A stretch of DNA of 64,000 bases from Rhodospirillales bacterium (GTDB lineage: Bacteria; Pseudomonadota; Alphaproteobacteria; JAJFIK01). The notes under the pieces are model-generated. The model did not search any database. It saw only the letters and a list, made by a program, of their open reading frames with translations, and was not told the origin of the DNA. The DNA lies in contig JAJFIK010000009.1 of NCBI GenBank assembly GCA_021775005.1, positions 6,616 to 70,615 on the forward strand, given 5' to 3'. How positions within the stretch are numbered: position 1 is the stretch's first letter; each line of letters opens with the position of its first letter. This document shows, piece by piece, positions 21,252 through 31,344 of this stretch. The position numbers and the translations under genes are program-made.

Positions 21252-22217
21252 ATGCCCATGCACCGTGCCGCGCCGTGGGCCCTGGTGGCAGCACTGCTCG
21301 TCCTCTCCACAATAGCCAGCATTTGGTGGGGAAGAGCGACCCAAGCCGGCACACCTGTCGTTGTCTTCGACTTGTCGCAGACCTCTCTCCCTGCGTTCTT
21401 CGCGTGTATGGATGGTCGCAGCTTGCTCATCGCCGCGCATCGCGGTGGCCCCATCGGGGCGCGGCCTGAGAACGGACTGTCAACCCTCAGCGCGACCCTT
21501 CACGCCGTCCCCGCGCTTTTGGAAATCGACATCTCCAAAACCTCAGATGACGTTCTGATCCTGTTTCATGATGAGCAGTTGGAGCGGACCACAAACGGCA
21601 CCGGCCCGGTTTATCGGCCCTGGCGGGAGCTCCGCGACCTGCAACTTCGCGGGCTAAACCGCCAGTTCACCGCCGACCATATCCCCTTGCTGAGTGAGGT
21701 GCTCGCTTGGGCCCATGGCCGCGCCATCCTACAGCTTGATCGCAGGGGTGAAGCGCACTGGTCAGACATCGCGGCAGCGGTTCAAGACGCGGGGATGGCC
21801 CCCCACGTCATCGCAATCGCCTATTCCATCGAAGAGGCAGCAACTATTCACAGCCTTCTGCCCAACACCATGATTTCTGTGCCCATCAACAGCTACAGCG
21901 ATCTCACCAGCTTAAGACGGGCGAGCATCCCCCTGAACCAAGTGCTCGCCTGGACGGGCACAAGTGAGATTGATGAGCGCCTCAACGCTTCGCTTGATGG
22001 CGCGGGCGTGCCCGTAATTCACGGGGTGTTTGAGCGCCAAAGCGACCCGTGGGACCTGCCGCTGGCGGTGGACCGGGTGGCGCGCGCCGGCCATGATCGG
22101 GGCATAGATATATTATCTGTCAATCAACCCGCTGGCGTCTGGGCGCTTCTTGATTCTCTTGACCCCGCGGCCACATCCACTGACCTCTATCAATCCTGCC
22201 TCAATGGAGCCCCATGA
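21252..22217 (+). CDS. Glycerophosphodiester phosphodiesterase (GDPD) family protein, secreted
   Basis: Signal peptide. HRG...EIDISKTSDDVLILFHDEQLERTTNG matches the GDPD catalytic block. Confidence 0.65.
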   Translation: MPMHRAAPWALVAALLVLSTIASIWWGRATQAGTPVVVFDLSQTSLPAFFACMDGRSLLIAAHRGGPIGARPENGLSTLSATLHAVPALLEIDISKTSDDVLILFHDEQLERTTNGTGPVYRPWRELRDLQLRGLNRQFTADHIPLLSEVLAWAHGRAILQLDRRGEAHWSDIAAAVQDAGMAPHVIAIAYSIEEAATIHSLLPNTMISVPINSYSDLTSLRRASIPLNQVLAWTGTSEIDERLNASLDGAGVPVIHGVFERQSDPWDLPLAVDRVARAGHDRGIDILSVNQPAGVWALLDSLDPAATSTDLYQSCLNGAP

Positions 22218-22218
22218 C

Positions 22219-23199
22219 ATGACCCAAATCAAAGCTGTTCGTATTCACGAGACCGGCGGACCGGAGGTAATGAAGCTGGAAACCGTGGCCCTCCCCGATC
22301 CCGGGCCCGGCGAAGTGCGCGTGAAACTGGGCGCGGTCGGGCTCAACTTCATCGACACTTATCAACGCTCTGGGCTCTACCCGGTGCCATTGCCTTCCGG
22401 CCTCGGCCTTGAGGGGGCGGGCACTGTTACGGCCATTGGCGAAGGCGTCAGCACTTTAACGCTCGGTGATCGTGTGGCCTTTGGCACCGGGCCCATCGGC
22501 GCTTACGCCGAAGCCATCAACGTGCATGAAACCCGCGTGGTGAAGCTGCCGGACACAATCTCAGATGAAACCGGCGCCGCCATGATGCTGCAAGGCATGA
22601 CGGCGCAATACCTGCTGCGGCAAACCTTCTTTGTGCGCGAAGGCGACACGATTTTGGTCCACGCCGCTGCGGGCGGGGTCGGGCTCATCGCCTGCCAATG
22701 GGCAAAACATTTGGGGGCGACGGTCATCGGCACCGTGGGCTCAGAAGAAAAGGCCGCGCTTGCCCGCGCCAATGGCTGCGACTTCCCCATATTGTATCGC
22801 GACGAAGATGTCGCGGCCCGCGTGCGCGAAATCACCGACGGCAAAGGCGTGCCGGTGGTCTATGATTCCGTGGGCAAGGACACCTTGATGGCCTCCCTCG
22901 ACTCGCTCTCTCCCCTTGGGCTGTTTGTCACGTTTGGCAATGCCAGCGGCCCAACGGGCCCCATTGATCCGCTTCTCTTGTCCGCCAAGGGCTCACTTTT
23001 CATGACCCGGCCGACGTTGTTCAATTACACCGCCACCCCCGAAGCGCTTCAGCGCACGGCGGCGGACTTGATCGGTGTTGTCTCCTCCGGTGCGGTGAAA
23101 ATCGCCATCAATCAAAGCTACAAGCTGGATGACATCGTAGCGGCGCATGTGGATCTGGAAGGGCGCAAGACCACCGGCGCGACGGTAATCCTTCCGTGA
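22219..23199 (+). CDS. qor: NADPH:quinone oxidoreductase (MDR/Zn-ADH superfamily)
   Basis: Start at MTQIKAVRIHETGGPEVM. GxGxxG Rossmann AAGGVGL motif. Confidence 0.85.
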   Translation: MTQIKAVRIHETGGPEVMKLETVALPDPGPGEVRVKLGAVGLNFIDTYQRSGLYPVPLPSGLGLEGAGTVTAIGEGVSTLTLGDRVAFGTGPIGAYAEAINVHETRVVKLPDTISDETGAAMMLQGMTAQYLLRQTFFVREGDTILVHAAAGGVGLIACQWAKHLGATVIGTVGSEEKAALARANGCDFPILYRDEDVAARVREITDGKGVPVVYDSVGKDTLMASLDSLSPLGLFVTFGNASGPTGPIDPLLLSAKGSLFMTRPTLFNYTATPEALQRTAADLIGVVSSGAVKIAINQSYKLDDIVAAHVDLEGRKTTGATVILP

Positions 23200-24044
23200 G
23201 CAAACCCTTTGCCCTTGCCACCACCACGGAAGATTTTCTTCACGGTGTCACTGAAGACGATTTGATTGTTGAGGCTCTTGAGGCAAAGGGCGCAGCGGCG
23301 CGCAAGATTATCTGGCATCAATCGCCGCCGGAAAGCCTTAGCAAACAGACCGTGGTTATCCGCACCCCGTGGGATTACTTTCAGCGCCTGGAGGAATTTC
23401 TGGCATGGCTTCGCGCTATCGATGCCGGTGAAGCGCGCCTGCTTAATCCGCTCAGCGTGATCGAGGCGACCATCGACAAGCGCTACCTGGTGGACATGAT
23501 CGGCAAGGGATATGCGCTGCCCAAAACCATGCTTTGCCCCACCACGCCTGTTGAGCTTGCCGCGGCGCTTAAAGATCCCGCCTTCGCTGAGGCCGTCATT
23601 AAACCTTGCGTCAGCGGCGGCGCCATCGGCTTGCGCAAAATCATCGCCCATGATCCCGCGAGTTGGGAACACCTCGATACTAAGAGCCCACACATTTTGC
23701 AGGCGTTTCTGCCGGAGATTGAAACCAAAGGCGAGATCTCCTTTGTCTTTTTCGGCGGCAGCTTTAGCCATGCCATTTGTAAACGCCCCAAGCCCGGCGA
23801 CATCCGTGTACAGATCGAATGGGGCGGCACGGTAGAGCAAATCCATCCCGATGCGGATTTGGTTGAACAAGCGGCAGCGTTTCTGCGCTTCTTGCCCGCG
23901 CCTACGACCTATGCCCGCGTCGATGTGGTGGAAGTGGCGGGGCGCTTGCTGCTCATGGAATTGGAAGTGATCGAGCCTGAGCTGTTCCTCACCCAAGTGC
24001 CTGCTGCTGCAGTGCGGTTTGCGGCGGCGATGCTCAGGGCTTAG
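23196..24044 (+). CDS. ATP-grasp domain protein (RimK/GshB-like)
   Basis: IKPCVSGGAIGL glycine-rich ATP-grasp loop, ~280 aa. Start codon overlaps the qor stop. Confidence 0.55.
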   Translation: MSKPFALATTTEDFLHGVTEDDLIVEALEAKGAAARKIIWHQSPPESLSKQTVVIRTPWDYFQRLEEFLAWLRAIDAGEARLLNPLSVIEATIDKRYLVDMIGKGYALPKTMLCPTTPVELAAALKDPAFAEAVIKPCVSGGAIGLRKIIAHDPASWEHLDTKSPHILQAFLPEIETKGEISFVFFGGSFSHAICKRPKPGDIRVQIEWGGTVEQIHPDADLVEQAAAFLRFLPAPTTYARVDVVEVAGRLLLMELEVIEPELFLTQVPAAAVRFAAAMLRA

Positions 24045-24087
24045 ACTTTACCCAACGCAGCAGGTCTTGTTGAAAGGCGGGCTCAAG

Positions 24088-24990
24088 ATGCGGTGGTCTC
24101 AACTTTCATTGCTGATCGGCATTGTCGCGCTTTGTTGGGGTGGCAACGCGAGCCCCCAAACCCTTGAGGACTATTGTGCGGCGGACCCTGGCCTTGCCAG
24201 TTGCGATCCCAATGCGCCAGGAACTCTGGAAGAGTACTGCCAAGCCTACCCTGATTGGGCCGGCTGTCAGGATAACGCCGGCCTGACAACGTGCGAGCGC
24301 AATCCTGATTTCGCGGGCTGCACGGATGAGGAAGAAGAGCCCCCGATCTATATTACCGTAGACCCCGACGGCGACAGTGAAGAGTTTGAACCGGCTGATC
24401 CTGAGGAGGTCGCTCAGGATGAAGAGGACAATGCGGAGATCGATGGCTTTGTCGAAGGGCTAACAGACGGCGATGAAGACACTGAGTTACTTGACGAGGA
24501 TGAAACGCCTGAGTTTGACGCCGATGCATACAACGAATTAATCGAAGCCGTTGATCGCGAACTGGAAGCCGAAAGAGCATGCGCCAATCTTGCCCGGCTT
24601 ACCGCGTTGAGTGAGCAACTCGAATTTGAAGCCGACGAGGCAAACGAACGCTATATCAGTTGGAATCGGTCAGAAATACCGCCCAGCGAAGAAGATGCAT
24701 CCACTCTTGAAAACGAGTTGGCTAGTTTCAGTACCGAATTCAGCCGTGTGAACAGGCAAATTGAAGATCTGGAAGCCTCAGGCGAAACAGTGCCCCCCTT
24801 GCTGCGGCAACAAAGGTCTTTCATTGGCGACGAAATCATAAGAGTCATGGATGAGTTGGATAGGCAAGATGGGCAAAGCCGTACCTGGCGAATTGAACGG
24901 AGCCTACATGTGCAGCGCATGAATGCAATCGCCGAACGTCGCGTTGCCGTGCAGCGCCAGATTGATGAGATCAATGCGGACTGCCCCTAA
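24088..24990 (+). CDS. Secreted, highly acidic protein with four CxnC mini-repeats and C-terminal coiled coil
   Basis: Signal peptide MRWSQLSLLIGIVALCWGGNA. Repeats YCAADPGLASC / YCQAYPDWAGC / TCERNPDFAGC. Long D/E-rich linker. Confidence 0.5.
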   Translation: MRWSQLSLLIGIVALCWGGNASPQTLEDYCAADPGLASCDPNAPGTLEEYCQAYPDWAGCQDNAGLTTCERNPDFAGCTDEEEEPPIYITVDPDGDSEEFEPADPEEVAQDEEDNAEIDGFVEGLTDGDEDTELLDEDETPEFDADAYNELIEAVDRELEAERACANLARLTALSEQLEFEADEANERYISWNRSEIPPSEEDASTLENELASFSTEFSRVNRQIEDLEASGETVPPLLRQQRSFIGDEIIRVMDELDRQDGQSRTWRIERSLHVQRMNAIAERRVAVQRQIDEINADCP

Positions 24991-25133
24991 CGAACAGGGA
25001 TTTTGGGCACGACGTTGGTCACCGGGCAGCGTCGCTAACCCCTTACGTTGCAAGTGCTTTATCCCGCCCGGTTGACGGGCAATCGACAATCCGCCACGCT
25101 TATAGCTAACGGGCTTAATGGGGGGCGGGGATT

Positions 25134-27395
25134 GTGCGACTGGAACCGGTAACACTGGCGGAAGAAAGCCTTCTTGCGGCAGTGCGCCAAGGGGAACCGT
25201 GGACGGGGGAATTTCATCGGAAGTTTCTGCGCCGGCGACCCAAAGGCCCTGCGCCCGACGTGCACCAAGGTCAAGATGCGGACGCCAAAAGTAAGACCGC
25301 TGCATCCGGCGCGTCTGGTAAGCACGACGCAGAACGCACAGTGAGCGCCGATCTCATCCGCAAACTGATACTGCAAGACAATGATCGAATGGCCAGAGGC
25401 AACCCCTCGAGGGAATACGACGTCACTCGCAAGACGCGGGCAGAGAAGGACTGGCTGCAAATATCAGCACGCGGGCTCATCCTTGAGGGTGAAAGCAAGA
25501 CAGACAAAACCGCAATTCCGTTTCGCCCTCTCATCATCGGGTCATTGGACTTGTCCGCCGTCGAGTTTCCTAGGCCTCTAAAAATTGTAAACTGCGATTT
25601 TGAAGACAGCCTGATCCTTGACGAAGCACACCTCAAGAGTCTCAACCTGTCAGGCTCAGAGTTTACGCAGGAGGAGCCCGAGGGCGCCCTCATATCCGGT
25701 GGTCAGGTGCGCATTGATGCCAATCTGTGCTTCAATAAATTGAAAGTTGCCGGTATCAATCTTTATGGCATTCAAATTGGAGGCACCCTCGAACTAAGTG
25801 GTGCGCGGATTTCATCCTGGTCCCCTAATGAACACGCAATTGAAATGGATGGCGCTACAATTAGCGGCACGGTAGCCTTTGCGGACAAGTGCGTTGTAGA
25901 TGGCGGCATAAGCCTGGTTCGCGCAAGAATTGGAGGAACGCTAAATTTCATAAGCGCAAGAATATGCCACAAGCATAGCGCCATAGATGCAGCCCACCTC
26001 AGGGTCGGCGGGTCGGTCTACTTTCAGGCAGAGTTTTCGTCTAAAGGAGAACTCTCATTCTCCAAAGCAGTAATTCAAGGCGACCTAATCGCAAATGGCG
26101 CAACATTCAGGGCTGATCACGGTCTCTGCTTCAATGGTGATTCAATAACAATTGATGGGCGCTTGCACCTTCAAGAAAAATTCCGCTCGTTCGGGACCAT
26201 ACGAATGATTGCTGCCAGGGTGCAGAATGAGTTTTCGATTTCGGATTCAATTCTTGAATCCCGAGGGCCGTTTGAGCGGGCAATATCAGCTGAAAGGCTC
26301 GACCTAAAAAATTCATTGTACATTCGTGGCGCCACAACAATCACAGGCCAAACGGACTTCGGCGATGCTCACATTAATGGCAATGTGCACATATATGATT
26401 CGGAGCTGAAACCACAAAACGCAAGAAACGAAGGTGTAGTTTTATCATTTAGTGGCGCGCAAATCGTAGGGGATCTTAATCTCGCAGACCCCTACTTTTC
26501 TCGGTGGCAATCGAATCAAGGTATTCTTGGTGGAACCGATCTTCGCGACTGTTCAGCTCGCACACTTTGCGACGGTCATAGCAAACCTCCAGCACTCCAC
26601 CGCGCGGTCAATCGCATTAGCCAATCTGCGTTGAAGCGCTCGATCATCAGTTCCGCCATTGAACGACCGGTCCTTCTCGATGGCTTTGTCTATGATCGAA
26701 TAAGCCGCCAAGCGGCCACAGCACCAGCTTCCAGAATCGCATGGTTGAAACGACAGCCTAAGCAATTCTTGAGAGGGGACGGATTTGCGCCGCAACCGTG
26801 GGATCAACTCATTCACGTCTACCACAAAATGGGTATGCCGCGCCAAGCTCGCCAAATTGCTATTGCCAAAGAAGATCACGTGGTTGCCCATGGCGGTCTT
26901 AGGGGGCTGGCACGAATTTGGCGGGCATTTCTCGGCTGGTCGGTCCGCTATGGTTACTCGGCTACTCGCCCCTTAGCGCTGAGCATGTTTCTGATTCTTT
27001 TCGGCTGGATGTCATTTGCCGCGGCTGATCAGGCCGGATGGATGACAGAGAGCCCACCAATAGTTTCCATTCAGCGCGATGCGCCCGGCGCGATGGGTGC
27101 CGTACCCCCTTTTAATGCGTTTATGTATTCAGTCGACGTATTCCTGCCCCTCGCTGAGTTTGGGCAGCAAAACGCATGGCGTCCCGGGGAAACGGGTGGG
27201 CCCATCCACCTGCAAGACTCAATACCACTTGGGCAGAACTGGATTCCAGACGGTGCTTGGGGCCTTGACACTATTTTGACCCATTGGGTGCGAGGCGGAG
27301 GCCTCAAAACCCTGCAGTGGTTGATGATCGCAGTTGGGTGGATCGCTTCTGCTTTGATCGCGGCAAACTTATCCGGCGTTATGAAACAGGACTAA
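25134..27395 (+). CDS. Large beta-helix-like repeat protein (~11 repeats of ~23 aa) with C-terminal two-TM membrane domain, low GC
   Basis: Recurring ...G(A/T)xIxGxLxF/L... units. C-terminal FVYDRI...FAPQPWDQLIHVY... followed by two hydrophobic helices. Start codon uncertain. Confidence 0.55.
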   Translation: MRLEPVTLAEESLLAAVRQGEPWTGEFHRKFLRRRPKGPAPDVHQGQDADAKSKTAASGASGKHDAERTVSADLIRKLILQDNDRMARGNPSREYDVTRKTRAEKDWLQISARGLILEGESKTDKTAIPFRPLIIGSLDLSAVEFPRPLKIVNCDFEDSLILDEAHLKSLNLSGSEFTQEEPEGALISGGQVRIDANLCFNKLKVAGINLYGIQIGGTLELSGARISSWSPNEHAIEMDGATISGTVAFADKCVVDGGISLVRARIGGTLNFISARICHKHSAIDAAHLRVGGSVYFQAEFSSKGELSFSKAVIQGDLIANGATFRADHGLCFNGDSITIDGRLHLQEKFRSFGTIRMIAARVQNEFSISDSILESRGPFERAISAERLDLKNSLYIRGATTITGQTDFGDAHINGNVHIYDSELKPQNARNEGVVLSFSGAQIVGDLNLADPYFSRWQSNQGILGGTDLRDCSARTLCDGHSKPPALHRAVNRISQSALKRSIISSAIERPVLLDGFVYDRISRQAATAPASRIAWLKRQPKQFLRGDGFAPQPWDQLIHVYHKMGMPRQARQIAIAKEDHVVAHGGLRGLARIWRAFLGWSVRYGYSATRPLALSMFLILFGWMSFAAADQAGWMTESPPIVSIQRDAPGAMGAVPPFNAFMYSVDVFLPLAEFGQQNAWRPGETGGPIHLQDSIPLGQNWIPDGAWGLDTILTHWVRGGGLKTLQWLMIAVGWIASALIAANLSGVMKQD

Positions 27396-27405
27396 CCCCT
27401 ATGCA

Positions 27406-27436
27406 AAACGCCCTCGCTTTTGGCGAGGGGCGCTGA
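27406..27436. terminator. Bidirectional hairpin terminator between repeat-protein gene and rho
   Basis: cgccctcgc-ttttg-gcgaggggcg stem-loop. On the minus strand it is followed by TTTTG. Confidence 0.5.
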
Positions 27437-27474
27437 TGCATGGCGAAGCTACGTGAGTAGAGCAAAAGCCCGCT

Positions 27475-28770
27475 TTACGTATTCATATTGTCGAAGAATT
27501 CTGCGTTGGACTTGGTTTGCTTGAGCTTGTCGATCAAGAACTCGATGGCGTCCACCGTGCCCATGGGGTTCAGGATGCGTCGCAGCACAAAGACCTTCTG
27601 CAGCTCTTTCTTGTCGACGATGAGCTCTTCTTTCCGGGTACCGGACTTCATAATGTCCATGGCCGGATAGACGCGCTTGTCGGACGCTTTGCGATCAAGC
27701 ACAATCTCTGAGTTACCGGTGCCCTTGAACTCTTCAAAGATGACTTCGTCCATGCGGGAGCCGGTATCGATCAGCGCGGTGGCGATAATGGTCAGCGAGC
27801 CGCCTTCTTCGATGTTCCGTGCTGCGCCAAAGAAGCGTTTCGGGCGCTGCAGCGCGTTGGCGTCCACGCCGCCGGTGAGCACTTTGCCGGAGCTTGGCAC
27901 CACGGTGTTGTAGGCGCGTCCCAGCCGGGTGATGGAATCAAGCAAGATGATCACATCGCGGCCGTGTTCCACCAGGCGCTTGGCTTTCTCAATCACCATT
28001 TCAGCCACCGCCACGTGGCGCGTAGCAGGCTCATCAAAGGTCGAGGACACAACCTCGCCGATCACCGTGCGCTGCATGTCGGTGACTTCTTCAGGGCGCT
28101 CATCAATCAGCAAAACGATCAGGTAGCACTCAGGGTGATTGGCCGCGATGGATTTGGCGATGTTTTGCAGGAAGACGGTTTTACCAGTGCGCGGCGGCGC
28201 AACAATGAGCCCGCGTTGGCCCTTACCCAGCGGCGCCACGAGATCAATCACGCGGGCGCTCAGGTCTTTGATGCTGGGGTCTTCGATTTCCAGGCGCAGC
28301 CGCTCATCGGGATAGAGCGGTGTCAGATTATCAAAGTGCACCTTGTGGCGCATTTTTTCGGGGTCTTCAAAATTGATTGTGCCGACTTTAAGCAGGGCGA
28401 AATAACGCTCGCCTTCCTTGGGCGCGCGGATCTCCCCTTCGACGGTGTCGCCGGTACGCAGCGAGAAGCGCCGAATCTGGCTCGGTGAGATATAGATGTC
28501 ATCGGGGCCCGGCAGGTAGTTGGCCTCTGGCGAGCGCAAAAAGCCGAAGCCATCCTGCAGCACTTCCAGAACGCCAATGCCGACGATATCAGTTTTTCGA
28601 TCAGCGAGCTGCTTCAGGATGGCAAACAGCATGTCCTGCTTACGCAAGGTCGACGCATTTTCCACCTCGAGCTCTTCGGCGAACGCCAGAAGGTCGGTAG
28701 GGGATTTGTCTTTGAGATCCTGAAGTTTCAGCGCTTGCACGTCCTGGGGCTCTATTTCTTGAATGGTCAT
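27475..28770 (-). CDS. rho: Transcription termination factor Rho
   Basis: 431 aa with N-terminal RNA-binding domain and Walker A GKT. ~300-nt 5' leader (28771..29072), typical of rho. Confidence 0.97.
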   Translation of the reverse strand: MTIQEIEPQDVQALKLQDLKDKSPTDLLAFAEELEVENASTLRKQDMLFAILKQLADRKTDIVGIGVLEVLQDGFGFLRSPEANYLPGPDDIYISPSQIRRFSLRTGDTVEGEIRAPKEGERYFALLKVGTINFEDPEKMRHKVHFDNLTPLYPDERLRLEIEDPSIKDLSARVIDLVAPLGKGQRGLIVAPPRTGKTVFLQNIAKSIAANHPECYLIVLLIDERPEEVTDMQRTVIGEVVSSTFDEPATRHVAVAEMVIEKAKRLVEHGRDVIILLDSITRLGRAYNTVVPSSGKVLTGGVDANALQRPKRFFGAARNIEEGGSLTIIATALIDTGSRMDEVIFEEFKGTGNSEIVLDRKASDKRVYPAMDIMKSGTRKEELIVDKKELQKVFVLRRILNPMGTVDAIEFLIDKLKQTKSNAEFFDNMNT

Positions 28771-29072
28771 TTGATTTTCTTTGTTGAAGGTCGGCCCGGA
28801 CTTTTTGAATTGGGAAAGGTCGGGGCTTTTGAAAAGGAGAGTGGGCCATGATCTGATTCAAATCGCCCAAACCGAACCTGCGGCCAAAGGGCTTACCAAA
28901 TCGTTTCCCAGGAGAAGCCGCCTCGCGCGCCTTTAACAGGTCCCGTCCCAAACAGGACCCAAGGTGAGCACAGGCAGCTGGACGGCCGATATGTGACCAT
29001 CGCTGCCCCGCAACATACGCAAAAAACCCTCTGAGGCAAGGGGGTAAAATCTGTGTTCGCGCGGGCGCCGTT

Positions 29073-29825
29073 CTACGCCAACGCTTTTTGGGCGACCAGT
29101 CGCCTTCCTAACCATTTGATTTTGTTAGATGAAACAGCATCCTGCTCACCTCGGAGTATTTCCAGGCCGATTTCAATGCGCTTGCCATCACGAAGGCCGG
29201 CCAGCCCACTTTCAATATAGCGATAGAAATAGGCCACTTCCGCGACATGGAGCACCTCAAATTGAGCAGCGATCTCCTGTTCCATTAACTCATATTCATG
29301 GATGTGATCGTGACTCCTGGTCCAGCATCCAAACTCGTTATCGGTTGCGAGCAACTGTCCTGGAAAACTCTCTGATGAGAATTTGAAACCCCGCTTTTCG
29401 AGGCGCTTTAGGCAACGAAAGAACCACACTCTCGTGTTCGCCGGCACATTCTTAAAATCGAAGTCGTCCAAAATAAGAATTCCGCCCGCCCGCAATACTT
29501 CATGCGCTGCAGAAATAGCAGCGCTGAGATCACCGATGTGGTGTAGTGATCTGACGAAAAGCACCGCATCAAAATCCCTCGAAGGTAGTTTTGTTGGCCA
29601 GGGCTCTACCAAGGTGTCCAGCCCTCGGCATTGGCATACCTCCGCGAACCCAGCCGAGGGCTCCACAACCAAAATTCCATGACGCATTTGCTGAAGCGCG
29701 GAAGCAAGCTCTCCACTTCCAGGGCCCACCTCAAGGATCTTCAAGCCTTTTTGAGCGCCTAAGGCAGCCTCTACAAACTTAAGGCTCTCGCGCGAACCGA
29801 CGGCCATCTCATTTGAGTTTGTCAT
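29073..29825 (-). CDS. Class I SAM-dependent methyltransferase, lower GC
   Basis: LEVGPGSGELA motif I. 250 aa. Compositionally distinct, inserted between hemJ and the rho leader. Confidence 0.75.
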   Translation of the reverse strand: MTNSNEMAVGSRESLKFVEAALGAQKGLKILEVGPGSGELASALQQMRHGILVVEPSAGFAEVCQCRGLDTLVEPWPTKLPSRDFDAVLFVRSLHHIGDLSAAISAAHEVLRAGGILILDDFDFKNVPANTRVWFFRCLKRLEKRGFKFSSESFPGQLLATDNEFGCWTRSHDHIHEYELMEQEIAAQFEVLHVAEVAYFYRYIESGLAGLRDGKRIEIGLEILRGEQDAVSSNKIKWLGRRLVAQKALA

Positions 29826-29835
29826 ATTCCATACC

Positions 29836-30279
29836 TCAAAACGGCTTCACAATGGCCAAAATCACCACAGCGATCATGATGAGCGCGGGAACCTCGTTCA
29901 AGATTCGATAAGTCCTTGAAGAGTAACGGATTTCATCCTTCGCAAGCCGCTTGCGCTCAGCTGAAAGCCAACCGTGAAAGCCCGACAACAGCGTCACCAG
30001 CGCCAGCTTAAACCAAAGCCAGACCCCCGCACCGATACCAAGGCCGCCGGGGGAAAAAATCATCAATAGGCCAAAAGCCCACGCCCCTGCCATGGCCGGA
30101 TTGATAATCACCCGGAGGAGCTTTTCCTCCATCACCTTGAATGTTTCCGCCTGGGGCGAGCCCACGCCCGCCTCCACATGATAGACGAACAGTCGCGGCA
30201 GATAGAGCATCCCCGCCATCCACGATATGACGCTGATAATATGGAAGGCTTTAAACCAGATCTGCGCCTCAGCCCACAT
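29836..30279 (-). CDS. hemJ: Protoporphyrinogen IX oxidase HemJ (CopD-like UPF0093)
   Basis: Start at MWAEAQIWFKAFHIISVISWMAG, ~148 aa, four TM helices. Follows hemH. Confidence 0.8.
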   Translation of the reverse strand: MWAEAQIWFKAFHIISVISWMAGMLYLPRLFVYHVEAGVGSPQAETFKVMEEKLLRVIINPAMAGAWAFGLLMIFSPGGLGIGAGVWLWFKLALVTLLSGFHGWLSAERKRLAKDEIRYSSRTYRILNEVPALIMIAVVILAIVKPF

Positions 30280-31339
30280 GGTGCTCTCCTGTTGTGCTTT
30301 TCGGTGCCGCATTTGGGCAGCCGGTCCAATTTGCCGAGCAAAGCCGGGCTGACGTGCCTTTTCCGGGGGCTGTGCCGTGGCCCCGCGCGGCTGCGGCCAA
30401 CGCCACCTCTGCCAGGGCGTCCATATAGCCCGGCGCGGTGCCAAGGGCCGCAACGCGGATATAGCTGGGAACGCCGCAGCTTTCAGCCAATTCCTTGTAT
30501 TCGATGTCGAGCTCCACAAGGGTCTCAGAATGCTCAGAGACAAAGGCTATGGGCGTCAGCACCAACGCCTTGCCGTCACCGCCCGCCCGTTTAATCTCGT
30601 CTTCCGTCGATGGTCCAATCCATTTCAGCGGCCCCACCCGGCTTTGATAGCAGATGCTCCAATCAAGATCGCTGATCCCAAGCTCGTCCACCACTTTTTG
30701 CGCTGTTTGCTCCACCTGCCATTGATATGGATCGCCGCCGTCGACAACCCGCTGCGGCAACCCATGAGCGGAAAACAGCAGCCTCGGGTTTGGGACAGAT
30801 GCCAGCCTTTCCCTGATGAGTTCCGCATGCGCAACGATAAACGAGCGCTCCAGGGGGTGACAGCACACTGTCGCGGTGGGGGCCGTCAGTCCGATTTTTT
30901 CCGCTGCGGCGCGCCACTCTTTCAAGGACGACCCGCTGGTGGTGGCAGAAAACTGCGGATAAAGCGGTAATAATACGATCTGATCCGGGCCATAGGCCAT
31001 AACCTCCTGCACCATTTCAGCCGCTCGCGGGGTCCAATAGCGCATGGTGACAAAGCACCGCGCCTCGTCCCAGCCGCGCTCATTCAAACGGGCTTCAACC
31101 GCCGCTGCCTGTCGTTTGGTCTCCGGAACAATCGGGGAGCGGCCACCGATTTTAGCGTATATGGTGGCAGCGATTGGCGCCCGGCGCGCGGAAATGAATT
31201 TGGCCAAGGGCCAGCGCAAAATTCGCGGCAGATTCAGGATCGCCGGATCACTGAAGAGATTAAAAAGGAACGGCTGCACTGCCCCCGGCGCGTCCGGCCC
31301 GCCAAGATTGAATAATATGACCGCTAACCTATTTCCCAT
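30269..31339 (-). CDS. hemH: Ferrochelatase
   Basis: 356 aa, N-terminal LFNLGGPD..., HemH fold. The 3' end overlaps the hemJ start by 11 nt. Confidence 0.9.
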   Translation of the reverse strand: MGNRLAVILFNLGGPDAPGAVQPFLFNLFSDPAILNLPRILRWPLAKFISARRAPIAATIYAKIGGRSPIVPETKRQAAAVEARLNERGWDEARCFVTMRYWTPRAAEMVQEVMAYGPDQIVLLPLYPQFSATTSGSSLKEWRAAAEKIGLTAPTATVCCHPLERSFIVAHAELIRERLASVPNPRLLFSAHGLPQRVVDGGDPYQWQVEQTAQKVVDELGISDLDWSICYQSRVGPLKWIGPSTEDEIKRAGGDGKALVLTPIAFVSEHSETLVELDIEYKELAESCGVPSYIRVAALGTAPGYMDALAEVALAAAARGHGTAPGKGTSARLCSANWTGCPNAAPKSTTGEHHVG

Positions 31340-31344
31340 ACCGA

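Noticed and set aside
22296-22325. Sequence gatcccgggcccggcg inside qor resembling the MITE right-arm core
   Set aside because: It encodes the conserved LPDPGPGEV motif of quinone oxidoreductases. The similarity is codon-driven and there are no TIRs.
30269-30400. Possible frameshift creating the odd 40-aa C-terminal extension of hemH that overlaps hemJ
   Set aside because: A short hemH/hemJ overlap is common and the extension may be genuine. Without read data or homolog alignment it cannot be called a pseudogene.
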